This document shows, piece by piece, positions 22,901 through 31,500 of a stretch of 64,000 nucleotides of DNA (position 1 is its first letter; the number at the start of each line of letters is the position of its first letter). The DNA is from a virus (Duplodnaviria > Caudoviricetes): the IMG/VR virus record IMGVR_UViG_2690315746_000001, positions 1 through 64,000 of that record, one strand, 5' to 3'. The translations under genes and the position numbers were made by a program. Below the pieces are notes generated by a model. The model searched no databases. It was not told the DNA's origin and saw only the letters and a program-made list of their open reading frames with translations.

Positions 22901-23232
22901 ACGATCGACTGGTTGGCGGTGCGCAGCTCGAGCCCGACGTTCTTCGGCGAGGCGAGGCCGCCGAGGTTCAAACGGATCGTGTCGGCCGGGTTGGTGCCCT
23001 TGAGGAGCCGCAGCTCGAAGTTCGAGATGTTCGGGGTGTTGCTGCCCTTGTCGAGCAGCGGCACGTCGCCGACGCGGAACGAGGCCGCGCCGTCCTTCAG
23101 GCCGGAGATTGGGCCCTCGGAGATCGCGAGCAGGACCTCGACGGTGTCCTGACCGAACAGGCTGTCGTCGTGGCGCGTGGCCTTACGGCTCGTCGACGAG
23201 GACGACTTGCGGCCCTTCAGAGCGGCGACCAT
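10993..23232 (-). CDS. Giant TipJ-like central tail tip / host-specificity protein (4079 aa)
   Basis: LAISEGPI and YTNNPAW gpJ motifs, FN3 domains, 17-aa and 10-aa repeats separating CBM-like domains. Confidence 0.9.
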   Translation of the reverse strand: MVAALKGRKSSSSTSRKATRHDDSLFGQDTVEVLLAISEGPISGLKDGAASFRVGDVPLLDKGSNTPNISNFELRLLKGTNPADTIRLNLGGLASPKNVGLELRTANQSIVVQGDKTQIDYIDVRLVVQRLLAVSKEGGEFPSSLDFKIEVKPRSSGVWQVPFTNEPPPPVENTAGASNYRPGATSPGTIVNGAYRETYLAPSSTPPTAVQADGAMWFQTDREVWEPLIWTGGAWQRPTNLARGFASGYDIWTFVDLDGAVRTAWYSPAGTTPPLGTIGGGDYLLTPQSGEEVYSYNETTWVGAQAFATPTPAAPGHLTITGLARSTYPKEFRIPVARINEPYDVRVTRLSAASTKDIFADVVFESIQEVNRDAVSFPDLAIAWLTIKATDTFTQVPEFTGVYRGILVPVPSNHVFNEETNLSEFPGLWDGTFKIAYTNNPAWHAYNFIKNSRYGKNAYFPEVPDMWDFYEFGKHCSAHGIRFNEYIQEPRSISELINYIVGTAGGRYVDRGDGFSTVIWDADDQVAQAIFAPENTIEGNFTYSFTDVAERKNDFKVSFKNPQLNYREDRLRVWDQNTIDNSGRNAEEFVAVGCRDADEAVRRGRLRLATSLTEKIIVNFRTNRIGRYLLPFQVILIADDQSTNVITGRVKNRVPLPIGAVSLPLRDQIYLEAGIDYSVQFTCSDGQGGLKVVSYPLAVAQPGLQSRLTLDRPLEEELPEYAVFSIGAPKPFRITSITEAEDEPDQIEITAIEVNRLKWAFVDGKVELRDLIPLQTGALSKFVYPVTNAKITPEVTPDGTFNLAVTWNPSETKLTRGHRVYYSFNKGPMDLVAEPTETFYRIAGVKMGTHVVSVVAVGLDGTTESAPVTVSYIVSDGTSIRSVGMPSNLRLVDEPESPIFRARDPRFTWDAAEDPLVGEYVVDVLNASGQTLYSERAKGQLLFSFPLATNIAVTGGAALRSFTVRVRAIDSTGAFSNPITLAVTHPAPAQINPNYTTTTESIVAEYASPRGDFAGILFWASKTPGFNPVTTPPSFDGLANPLWYKVEPETTWYCRMAAYDSYGKDVGQLNVGPEQLVKVTNRIIDTQAPDRPEGLTLTTELTTSATGVSMARIDAAWKPVGSENLGTYEFELAEGAGTDPLTSWMRVGVDKGQPKARWLNLQPGKLYAARVRALNGFGFWSAWSDIVTITAAKNLAKPGALTGLRVDASFETAFLSWKNPADLDLGGTEIWEGTSQAPTAKLADVPAPAAFWIDPTLKVNVTRTYWARPVNTSGTPGDWAGPVSAQSPELQRAALAAGIIDATKIAASLAVPQNVTSLPATAGTGLVVLNGELYRWQNGEWTKGVQAPDIKGFVTAEQIKSLNAAQIAGTLSDGQIAGMNAAKLVGQVVASQIKELNAAQIAGQLDDSQIRGIAATKIAGTLSSSQIASLDTIKLVGQIRDTQLADNAVTQAKLASDLSAVGIVTALPNPSGWTGSKVVLFDGKVWRLVNGAWTAGVGSTDITGQITAGQIASLNAAQIAGQLNDGQIASITASKAVGALVNATLATTALTGTITETQIAAGAVTDAKIAAIAASKVTGQLTASQIASVNAAVVAGQLSDGQIASIGAAKVSGALVNATLAAANLSGTLADTQLGGISTTKLIGTVSSDQIASLVSTKLSGQITSDQVASLAANKVAGQLLDAQLSTISATKVSGQLSDAQLAAISTAKLVGTVSSDQIASLAAAKLAGQITGTQITDGAVSTAKILAGAVVAGSIAAGAVTGSKLAIASANFAYNPEGAQGLRGWTGGTSWGGAADLYIEGNWVPAGMKGIALHPRDANFPSGGYAEITHQRVASDGSLKAFEVIGGSTYEISAYGNFHRCQGQCFIGWWDASGTHLRWDSGQVLPEGGASGGALRGHKRFTWIGAAPSNAVGMRVLYRAINQTAPDSFVFVYGMMYAAAQPGQAECSPYVSPGVTVIDGSGIITNSIAAASIVAGSITADRIAGRTIDASKLVAGTITANELGANSVTAAQILAGAVQTGHMTAGTIDANRLVSGSITAGLIAANAITAGKIDASAVTAREVAAGSILASKLSVASLNMAYNSDFGQGTSGWTFATNGTTGVVAAGVRTDYCPAGYTAFFMQMGAGSATGVADLYVPFSIAADRTINPKFPCSAGTVYEASAYLSLPNSIGSGLLLIQFYNSSGTVLAGNSGNSTSSTYNGHSPAQFETGGARSKLVMTAPSGATYFTVTARWQSSGSTPSTTPWLFVSGVMVAQASSAQLAATEVSPYVPDGVTTISGGSILTNSVAADRIVTRSLTAAQIAAGTLTAYEIAARTITAGNLVAGTITGTEIAASTITGGLIAASTIVGGHIQTRTLSAGHLAAGTITAYEIASRTITATNLQAGTITTAEIAAGTIQAGNIAAGAITASKLTLASINLANDPLYTQAVLGTSNPFVPGYAWGANFTTDPVTVRSDYCPSGLRAINVRIASKPTGGVFDFYCGSHDAAGNFTHSYPAVAAQWYEASAYFSVLNAGAAQVILQFLNSSGAAIETHYSNAVTIGLNGSDEKTWDALGGRAKVMKPAPSGTTAVRVYMRWNAPNPNNPADCWFFASGLMVAPISSAQAAAGDFSPFSPGGATILNGATVRTGTLNADRIIGRTITAGLIAVGTLTATEIAGGTITGDRIAGNTIVAANLQAGTLTAREIAAGAITASKLTLTDPSNMIMNGDFTNGTSDGWGLGDGTVVQNSGSATDPGGQYRIRSTGRDNAYSHNISVTPGDVIYASAMVYNENGERANLMALFMDGAGGNLQFRTFAYTDVKNSWTRVEGKVTAPSNCQRMQILLQTDKTQTYGSGTYWGKVQARRAANAQMIVDGTITAVHIAVGSLTGDRITAGTLNGDRIVGGTIQGGHISGRTISADKLVAGTLTATEIATRTLTADKLVAGTITATEMGANSVTAGKVDAGAITAREIAAGSIVTSKLSITTGNIAQNGDMSSGTQGFTVGNSTWGTQATIEVGTVWVASGMRNLSSGAPGGGGTNGYWDVTHRRVDKDGNLSNFPCNGGQLYEFSTYYTCHRCRFELYVAWVRADGSTIGHNGYVGPGEQAKAGGAMRDYPRATILVNAPGDAVSFYVLLRGGAVSGNDPYIFPFGMMYAAAPAGATECSPYIPPAITTLNGDSITTGTLHANKIIARTITAEKIQANAITADQIAGQTIVGWNIASNTIDAVNIKAGTITAREIAAGAITTNKLTVANRELNLVGFNFRYNTITSRIEWDIGSIFYRDDDGGMRSVNINGGSWTPGGNWIAVVWYKGNGNLDFSGDVNYAANTNNGNWVTIGIYSGGSQFYVNYGSTLLDGDRIITNTLHANRIIAGTISADKIGSNQITAGHVQAGAIGVDQLAAGAITAEKIGVGVNSTNLLWNSDFMAGSGSSVPNISGAVSQGPAGAYCGINQSGPGWEPPGMRSLQMSSPGTPNGTIMDAYLAIPAVGGGFTRRIPVIANRRYEISGYVSAHRCTAQIILYWYDAGGNPIAGFGATNVVNGVQSSGPLSAWARCAGMHTTPGNAAYADVTLRMGFNGGDSPYNFWTGIYFAPAQPNQSQYSDWSPGISTVISGGAIATRTLTAEKIVAGSITSDEIKSGSIIGDRIQAGTITGDKIAVNSIYADKIQIGGGQSLTSWMGGPNATQINGGMIAANTIKANQLYVGLRGLNITGFNIRYNTATRRIEWDGGNIYWPNEDGGMSGASFGANGFTVSGGSWYSILWYKGRNNIDWSGDINLANTDPNWVTLATYDNGSGLAVNYGSTIIDGARIITNSIQAAQIAAGAIQADKIAAGAITADKIGTGQVTADKISGGTIQAGTIKLNDDRLVIEAQAGQPRIICRDSAGNLRVLLGQTSGYSPNGGDWGLVIWDNSNRVIFAPSGINGDAIWAGSISAGAIKADQLKATVAQFDGLIVRSAQIGSLVVGNGNIQNNATSQLVSSYNPNGKTASVTLYVRAGAKVRISVQRNGDGSAFWPSNTNTGALKISRDGGPDIFAIPANYMLNWVPGANASQKVLLGHYVSWVDNNVGEGNHTYTVTDDSSVGVNGVYIEVTELAK

Positions 23233-23780
23233 TAAACGACCCCAGTATCGACGGCATCAATATTGAACGAGAGATAGTGACCACCCACCAGATCCTCGCC
23301 GCAGAGGATCGGAATACGGGTGCCGATCTCGACCGTATTCTTAGGAGCCCCAAGATAATGGGACTTCTTCTCTTCTTTGTCTTTGTTGTCGCGCTTGGGC
23401 GTGTTGAACAGCTGCAGGATGCCGCCGAGGATCATCACGATGCCGATCTTCAGCAGGATCGGCCCGATCAGGGGGCCCGCGATGAAGGAGGCGGCCACCA
23501 GCACCGCGCCGATCAGGATCTGGAAGAAGCCACCGTTCTTGCCGCCGTTGAGCTGCGGGAAGAGGTGCAGGTCCCGGGCGCCGCCCACGGCGATGAGATC
23601 TTCGATGGTCTCGTGGCCGAGCACCTTCACGCGCAGCGGCCCGGTCACAGCATTCCCGCCGAAGCCCTTCACCTGGCGCGTGATCGCCTTCAGTGCTTCG
23701 GCGGGCGATGCGGCGTGAACTTCAATCGGCCCGGAGTGGATGCTCTTCAGCGTGCCGTGAAGATGAATACGTCGCAGCAC
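23232..23780 (-). CDS. Tail assembly protein, lambda gpI-like
   Basis: IHLHG...AEALKAI...GGKNGGFFQILIGAVLVAAS...NTVEIGTRIPILCG. Confidence 0.85.
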   Translation of the reverse strand: MLRRIHLHGTLKSIHSGPIEVHAASPAEALKAITRQVKGFGGNAVTGPLRVKVLGHETIEDLIAVGGARDLHLFPQLNGGKNGGFFQILIGAVLVAASFIAGPLIGPILLKIGIVMILGGILQLFNTPKRDNKDKEEKKSHYLGAPKNTVEIGTRIPILCGEDLVGGHYLSFNIDAVDTGVV

Positions 23781-24108
23781 GAACAACCCGCCCTTGCTCA
23801 ACAGCGTAACAAGCGACGCCGTCCGAGCCCACGATATAGTGATGCAGGTGCGGATAATTCAAGAAAGACGCAAGATCATCACGGGTCAAGTTGCAGTCGG
23901 TCCCGGTATGGGTGTGCCACGATGCAATGGCGTTGTCTTCGTATTTGAGCAAATCCTCTGCCGCGATGTCGAAGCCATCTGCTGGCTCGTGACAGATGTT
24001 CTGCACCTCCACGACCGAACCATCAGGCAGAACGAAGCCACAGCGCTCGGGAGCAGCCAGGTCGTGCTCGTAGCGCGACGCCAGATCGGATATGGTCACC
24101 TCAGACAT
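23722..24108 (-). CDS. JAB/MPN-domain tail assembly protein (gpK N-terminal half)
   Basis: ERCG...WHTHT...D JAMM-like motif. Confidence 0.8.
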   Translation of the reverse strand: MSEVTISDLASRYEHDLAAPERCGFVLPDGSVVEVQNICHEPADGFDIAAEDLLKYEDNAIASWHTHTGTDCNLTRDDLASFLNYPHLHHYIVGSDGVACYAVEQGRVVRAATYSSSRHAEEHPLRAD

Positions 24109-24616
24109 CGAGCCGCCCCTGCCGCGCTTCCTCGAGCTTCTCGCGCACCCGCTGCGGGATCAGGTCCCAGGCGTCGATCTCGGTCTCATCGACGAGCTTC
24201 GAGCCGTCGACCTCCGGGTGCCGGAGGATCGCCACGGTGGTGTCGCGCCAGATCGGCCGGCTGTAGGGCTCGATCTGCGAGAGCGAGCCGGCGAAGTGGT
24301 GGATGATCTTGCCGTCCGGCAGCAGGATCGCGCCGTGGTTCGCGACCTCGGAGCGGATCGCCATCAGCAGCACGTCGCCCGGCAGCCAGTCGCTCGGCTG
24401 CATCGAGGTCACGAGCCCGAACCCGGCCCACTGGTAGTGGTCCAGGTAGAGGTTCAGGTGGCGGCCCTCGGCGTCCGGCTCCCACCAGCTGTCGGGGCGC
24501 GCGAGGTCGGGCACCTCGATGCCGAAGTTGAGGCGGTAGAAGTCGCGCATCAGGGAGTAGCAGTCGCTCTCCCCGTGCTTGAACTCGCGCCCGAGCAGGC
24601 CGTCCGTCTTGATCAT
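24101..24616 (-). CDS. NlpC/P60 peptidase tail assembly protein (gpK C-terminal half)
   Basis: DCYSLMRDFY...PGDVLL...NHGAI...IHH. Confidence 0.85.
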   Translation of the reverse strand: MIKTDGLLGREFKHGESDCYSLMRDFYRLNFGIEVPDLARPDSWWEPDAEGRHLNLYLDHYQWAGFGLVTSMQPSDWLPGDVLLMAIRSEVANHGAILLPDGKIIHHFAGSLSQIEPYSRPIWRDTTVAILRHPEVDGSKLVDETEIDAWDLIPQRVREKLEEARQGRLDV

Positions 24617-24646
24617 GACCCTCAGATATGTACGAAACGTACGGCC

Positions 24647-25153
24647 TCACAGGGTCACGAACGGGAATTCCGGGGGCGTGAACATGCGTGCCGGCACCAT
24701 CTGCTCCGGCACGTCGGAGAGGGCGCGCAGCTCGAACGAGATGCTCTGGCCGGCGATCAGGTCCTTCACCCGGCCGATGAACCAGAACTCGGTGTTCGAG
24801 ATGATGAGCCCGCGCTCGAGGTGGTCACGCAGCACGATGAAGCGCTGGAGCACGACGCTGTCGAAGCGGCCGGCGAAGGCCGCCTCGTTGAACACGCCCA
24901 TCGGGTTCATGAGCCGCAGGGTCGGGCGGTTCTTCTCCTCCTCGCTCGAGCGGGAGACCTCCGACATCTTGCAGGCCAGGTGGTCCCAGACCTTGCCGTT
25001 CCAGCGGGTGACGGAGCCCATGGGCCCGTCCCGGAAGCGCAGGATCGGCGTGCCGCCGTCCGGGACGTTGCGCAGGGCGACCTCGAAGAGGCTCACCTCG
25101 CTGTCCGCAGTGAGCTTCAGGCCTTCATCGACGTGGGAAGCGGGGACGCTCAT
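24647..25153 (-). CDS. Minor tail protein, gpL-like (lacks Cys-rich C-terminus)
   Basis: LFEV...RPTLRLMN...ISFEL...PAR; position between gpM-like and gpK-like genes. Confidence 0.7.
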   Translation of the reverse strand: MSVPASHVDEGLKLTADSEVSLFEVALRNVPDGGTPILRFRDGPMGSVTRWNGKVWDHLACKMSEVSRSSEEEKNRPTLRLMNPMGVFNEAAFAGRFDSVVLQRFIVLRDHLERGLIISNTEFWFIGRVKDLIAGQSISFELRALSDVPEQMVPARMFTPPEFPFVTL

Positions 25154-25581
25154 GGCTGGATCAGAAGCTCGATGTCGAAGGGATCGACCTGGTGGACGCG
25201 GTAGGCGGTGCCGTCCGGTGCGCGATAGCCGCCGACCTCGCCCGGGCTGCTGCCCGACTTCTTGGGCATGATGAGCGGCTTGTTGAACCGGACGATCACG
25301 GTGCCCAGGATCGGGTGCGGATAGTTGAATGGCTCGAACATCCGGTGGCGCTTGTAGAACTCGTCGAGCGCGCGGATGTTGAGCTGCGGCACCACGTCGG
25401 CGAGCATCGGCTCGCCGGCATAGCGCTGGAAGAAGAACATGGTCGGGAAGTTGAGGTGGACGATGACCTCGTCCGGGCCGAGCGGGCGGGCGGCGAAGCG
25501 GTAGCCCCGGCCGAACTTGATCGTCGAGCCGCCGGGGTATTCGTCATTCGGGCTGTGGTACGGGAAGTCGAAGGTCTCCAC
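25150..25581 (-). CDS. Distal tail protein, gpM-like
   Basis: Follows tape measure; KFGRGY and FYKRH...PF motifs. Confidence 0.65.
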   Translation of the reverse strand: METFDFPYHSPNDEYPGGSTIKFGRGYRFAARPLGPDEVIVHLNFPTMFFFQRYAGEPMLADVVPQLNIRALDEFYKRHRMFEPFNYPHPILGTVIVRFNKPLIMPKKSGSSPGEVGGYRAPDGTAYRVHQVDPFDIELLIQP

Positions 25582-25582
25582 T

Positions 25583-28500
25583 CTATCCTCCCGCAGCCAC
25601 GCGCTTGATCAGCTGCTTGATGGTGCCGCCGCGCTGAATGTTCTCGCCGATCGCGAAGACGAAGTCGGAGGCGCCCGGCACCGGCACCTGATCGCGGTCG
25701 ACGACGTAGACGTTGGCGCTCGCCGAGGCGCCGCCGGCCATGCGCTTGGCGTCGACCTTCGGGGCCCGGTTCACCATCGTGTTGCCGAGCGCGTTGACCT
25801 GGTCGAGCGTGTCCCGGCCGACCGCGTCGACCGCGGAGCGGCGCAGCAGGTACTCGCCGGGCTGGGCCAGGATGAGCTTGCTGTCGCGCTGCGCGAGCGC
25901 CGCGTCGCTGCCCGGCACGCCGCCGCCGCCCGCCATGCGGATCGGGCCGCCGGAGGCCATGCCGCCGCCGAAGATCGACGAGAAGAACTTCCCGATGCCG
26001 TCGAACAGCCCGCCGCCAGCGCCCGCGCCGCCCTCGAGCCCGCCGAAGATCGACTTGAAGATCGAGTTGGTCAGGCTGCGCGAGATCTGCTGCATGAGCC
26101 CGCCGAGGATGTCGGTGGCGAACTTCTTCAGAGCGTCGCCGGCCTTCATCGAGCCGTTGAACAGGTTCACGAACAGATTGTCGAAGGCGTTGCCGATGAC
26201 GTTCAGCTCGCCGGCCAGCAGCTTACGAGCCTCCTGGGTCTCGTCGACCAGCTTGCCCATCGGATCGCGGATACCGCGGGCCTTCTCGAAGTCGACGATC
26301 GCGCCCGACACCGCGTTGGACATCGACGGCCCCTTGGCGTCGAGGTCCCTCTTGGTGTTGACTGAGACGTCCGAGAGCGCCTGCTTGCGCTTCAGCTCGA
26401 GGAGCTTCTCCTGGATCAGGACCTGCTTCTCGGCCGGGCCGAGGCCGGCCGTCGCGGCGTCGGCGAGCGCCTTCTCGAGGACCGCGATCTGCTCGCGGAT
26501 CGACGCGCTCTCGCCCTCGAGCGCACGGCGCTCCTTGAGCTTGACCAGCTCCTGGTCGAGCTTGTCGATCTCGGCCTGCGGGACCTTGTTCTCGTTCTCG
26601 TCGAGCTTCAGGCTCTTGAGCTGCGCCTCGCGCCGGGCGATCTCCTGGTCGAGCACGCGCGTCGAGACCTTGCCGGCGGCGTCGGCCGCGGCGATGGCCT
26701 CCTTCTCGGCGAGCGCCCGGAACCGCTCGGTGATGGCGGTCCGGCCCTCCTCCTTCTGCTCGGGCGTGCGCGACTTGCTGTTCGCGTCCAGCTCGTCGGC
26801 CTTGAGCGCGCTCGCGTTCAGCCTGCCGTAGGCCGCAATGGCGCCGCTCGAGGCCTCCTTGACGGTGGCGACCTCGTTGGCCTTCGAGATCCGCGCCATC
26901 GCCGCGGCGATGCCGGCGGTCTCGGTCTTGTCCTGGAGGCGCAGCGAGGCGAGCAGCGCCTGATCGGCCTTCTGCTGCTCGATGGCGCCGACCCGGCGCT
27001 TGTCCTCCGCGTTCTCCTTGTCCAGCTTCCCCTTGTCCGCTTCCTCCTTGTCCTTCAGGACCTTAGCGGTGGTGGTGGTCAGCTTCTCCGAGGCCCTGGA
27101 CGCCGTGGCGTACATGCCCTTCAGGATCTCGGTGAACTCGCCCGCCGTGATCGAGCCGGAGCGGCCCTTGGCGCCGTTGTTCTCGATCGCCGCGGCCGAG
27201 ACGAAGTCCCGGGCCGGCGAGTTCGGGTTGCGCAGCAGCCGGGTGCCGCCGGCCGCGCCCTGGTTGTGCAGGACGAACAGCTCGGCGTCGGTCGGGTCGC
27301 GGCCGAGCCGGTCCCGGAAGATCTTCGCGTTGTCGCGCGTGAAGTCGATCGCCGCCGGGACCTGGTTCTCGACGCTGAAGATGTCTCCCTTGCCGTACTT
27401 GCCCCAGGTGTTGACCCCACCCGGGTAGTCGTTGTTCATGAACTGGAAGAGGCCCTTGGCCCCGGAGGCGTTCTTCGCCCCCGGGTTCATGCTACTCTCC
27501 AGCTGGCCGAGGCCGAGCAGGTAGTTCACCATGCTGCCGGCGCCGGCCGCCCGGGCAGTCGTGATGACGCGCTCCGCGACCGAGCCGGCCGGCGCGGTGC
27601 GGCTGTCGGCCAGGATCTCGTTCGGGCTCGCCGCGACCTCGCGCTGCGCGTCGGTGGCGACCCGGCCCTTGGCGATGGTCGTCGCCTCGTCGAGCAGCTT
27701 GTTGATCTGCTCGACCAGCTCGCGCGCCTTCTCCGGCGTGGTCTGGGCGTCCTTGGCGATCTTCTCCAGCCGGGAGGCCTCGGCGCGCAGCTCCTGCTCG
27801 CGCGCCTTGTCGGCGTTCGCTGAGATGCGCAGGACCGCGTCCTCGATCCGGCGGCGTCGCTGGATGTAGTCCTCCTGCAGCTTCTCGAGCTTCGCCTTCG
27901 TCTCCCGGTCCAGCTCGTCGAGCTGGGTCTGGAGCCCGCTGTCGTTGGCGATCTGCTCGGGGGTCTTGCCGAAGGTCAGGATTTCGCGGCTGATGACGGC
28001 GTTCGCCTCCGTCAGCTCCTTGATCCGGTTCGTGACGCGCTCGAGGTCGGCCTGGCTGGTCGCCGTCTGGGCCTGCTTCGTCAGGGTCGCGATCTCGGCG
28101 TCGTTGCCCCGGCGCTCCGCCTGCGAGACCCTGACCGCCTCGGGGTTGAGGCTCTCGATCAGCTCGCGCAGCTCCTTGCTGGCGTTCTTCGCGATGGCGT
28201 CGAGCTTGCCGCGGACCGCCGCCAGTGCGGCTGCGATGTTCTCCTTCGTCTCGCCGCGCGCCAACATGGCGTCGCGCACGCCGTCCAGCTCGGCGAGCTG
28301 GCCCTTGGCCTCGTCGCCGGTGACGCGCAGCGTCGCCAGGAGCTGCTTGACGCGGACGTCGGGGCTGAGCCCCGGGGCACGCAGCACCGCCTCCTGATCG
28401 CTGGCGCGCTGAACCTTGAGGGCGTCGGCCCGGCGGTCGAGCGCGACCACCTCGGGGGAGGCCTCGAGCTTCTGGCGCCGGACCTCGTCCTGCCGGCGCT

Positions 28501-31500
28501 CCAGCTCCATGCCGGCGGCCTGGCGCTCGATGGCGACGTCCGCCGTCTGCGCGAAGCGCTGCAGGGCCTCGGTGGCGAGCTTGACCTTCGCCTCCAGCTC
28601 CTTGACCCGCCCCGGGTCCTGGTCGGCGGTCGCCTTCAGCTTCTCGTCGAGGAGCTGCTGAGACCAGACGCCCTGGGCCTCGAGCATCTGGGCGCGCAGC
28701 CCGCGCGTCGAGCCGAGCGGGTCGGTCCGCGAGATCAGGCTCGGGTTCTCGACGACGTCCATCGCCCGATCGAACGGGCCACCCAGCGCGCGGAAGGGCG
28801 CCGTGGGCTCGAACTTGTCGCCGCCCGCAATCACCCGGCCGAAGCCGTCGACCGCCGTCACCGGCGCGGTCTGGGTGCGGTTCTGCTCCGCCAGCGCCTT
28901 CTGCTTCTCGGCGAGCTGGATCAGCTTTTCCTGGGTCGCCAGGATCTGCTGCATGCCGAGGTCGGGCAGCTTGCCCTGCATCTCGGCGCGCAGGCGCTGG
29001 TAGGCGGCGATCAGGCCGTCCGCCGACTTCGACACGCCATCCATCGAGAACCCGACGTCGCCGAAGCCTTTCTGGGCCTCAATGACTGCGTTCTGCAGCT
29101 GGAGCGGGTCCTCGTTCAGCTTGTCGCGCTTGGCGATCAGGCCGTCGATCTGCCGGTCGATGTCCGTCAGCGTGAGGGTCACGCTGTCGCGCTTCGAGGA
29201 CAGCTCGTTCTCGACGCCCTTGATCTGGTCGAGGCGCTTGGTGACGCGCTCGAGCGCGGTCTCCATGTTGACCAGCTGGGCCACCATGTAGGCGATGCCG
29301 GCCGCAGCGCCGACGCCGAGCACGGGCAGGCCGATGAAGCCGCTGGTGAGGAGCCCGAGCGCCAAGCCGCCGACCTTGAGGAGCGCCAGGGTGCCGACGA
29401 TCGCCGTCAGGCCAGCGCCGACCGCCGGGAGGATCGGGCCAAGCTTCTCGAAGTTGCCGACGAGCCCGATCAGGCCCTCGGTGCCGAGCTTCAGGGCATC
29501 GACTAGGGGCTTGAAGGCTGTGTCGACCACCGCGAAGGTGGTGTTGCCGAGCCGCTGCAGCGTCGCCGTCAGGCTCTCGTTGGCCTTGGCCGCGCCCTCG
29601 CTCGCCGCCGAGGAGAGCAGCATCTGGGTGCGCAGCTTCTCGATCAGGTCGCCCTGGCCGCCGATCGCCGAGAACGCCGCGGCGGCGCGCAGGTCGAGCG
29701 AGCGCAGCGCGTCGGCGGTGGTGAAGCCGGCGCTGGTCAGGTTCTTGAGGACACCCGACAGGCCGTTGGCGCGCAGGTCGACGTCGGCCAGGGAAATCCC
29801 CAGCTCCTTGAGCACGTCCCGGAACTTCTGCGAGGGCGAGGTCAGCTCGGTGATGAGCTGCCGGATGCCGGTGCCGATGGTCGAGCCCGACTTGACGCCG
29901 GCCTGCGAGATGGCGCCGATCGTTGCCGTCAGCTCCGAGAAGCTCACGCCGCTGTCGCGCGCGATGTTGGCCGCATACTGGATGCCCAGCTGCAGCTGCT
30001 CCATCGTGAGCTTGGTGGCGTTGAGCGCCCCGACCAGGATGTCGGAGACCTCGGCTGCGCGGCCGGCCGCCATGCCGTAGGCGCCGAGCACGCCGGTGAT
30101 CGCCTCGACCGACTGCTGCAGGGTCGAGCCCGAGGCCGCGGCGAGGTCGGCGACGGGCTTAAGGGCCTTCGCCACGTCGGAGGCCGACAGGCCGGTCTGG
30201 CCGAGCGTGATGGCGACCTGGGCCAGCTCGTTGACCGAGAAGCGGCTGTCCTTCGCGATGCCGAGCAGCTCGGCCCGGAAGCCGCCCATCTCGGAGGTCG
30301 CGGCGCCGGTGATCGCCTGGAAGCGCGACAGGACGTCGTCGAATTCCTTGATGGCGCCCACGGCGCCGGTGATCATCCCGGTGACGGCGCCGAACAGCGC
30401 GTAGTTCGTGGCGAGCTGCGCCTGGAAGGCGAACTGGTCGGCGCCGCCGTTGAGGTTGAAGGCGGCGTTGCGCGCCTTGAAGCCGCGCTCGGCCGCGGCG
30501 TCGTAGTCGGGGCCGGCGGCGCGGCGCGCCTCGCGCTGCTCGCCCTTCGCGACCTTGTCCCGGCGGGCGTTCTCCGCCTGCGCCGCCGCGTAGGCGTCGC
30601 GGTCCCGGCGCTTGTTCTCCTCCCAGGCCTGGGCCTCGATCTTGTCCCGGCGGGCGTTCTCGGCCTTGGCCGCGGCACGCGCATCCGCGTCGACCCCGCG
30701 GTTGTCGCGGTAGGCCTCGTTGGTCTGCCGGTCCCGGCGGGCGTTCTCGGCCCGGGCGGCGGCGCGAGCATCGCGCTCGATCCGCTGGTTCTCGGCATCG
30801 GCCTCAGTGCGCAGCTTGTCGCGGCGCCGGTTCTCCGCCTCGGCAGCTGCCCGGGTCTCCCGGGTGAGCCGCGCGTTCTCGGCCTCGGCCTCGCTGCGCT
30901 GCCTGTCCCGCCGGCGGTTCTCCGCCTCGGCCGCGGCGCGCGAGTTCGCGTCGATGCGCCGGTTCTCTGCGTCGGCCTGGCCGGCGATCTTGTCGCGGCG
31001 CTTGTTCTCCGCTTCCGCCGCAGCCCGGCTATCGCGGTCGACGCCGCGGTTGTCCCGGACGGCGTCGGCCATCTGCCGGTCGCGCCGGGTATTCTCGGCC
31101 TTCGCCGACGCGACGGTGTCGCTCCAGGCCCGGTTGTTGGCCTGGTCGAATTCCCGGTTGAGCCGGTAGGCCTCATTGAGGTCGCGCACGCCGGCATCGA
31201 CCGTGGCGCGCTGCTGGTCGAGCCAGGCCGTGCGCTCGGGGCGCGACATGCCCGCGGTGCTGCTGGTGTAGGTGTCGTAATCGACGCCGTGCTGGCGCCG
31301 GAAGCTCCGGTTGCGGTTGGCCTCACGCAGCGCCGTGTTCGGGTCAGCCTCGCGGGCGGCCTGGCGCGCCTCGTCCGCCATGTAGCTCTGGCGGAGCTTC
31401 TGGTAGTCGCGCTCCTGGCGCTCGGCCTCTTTGCGGTCGACCTCGAGCTGCGCGACGCGGGCGGCCCGCGCCCGGCGCTCCTCGAGGGTGCCGCCCTGCT

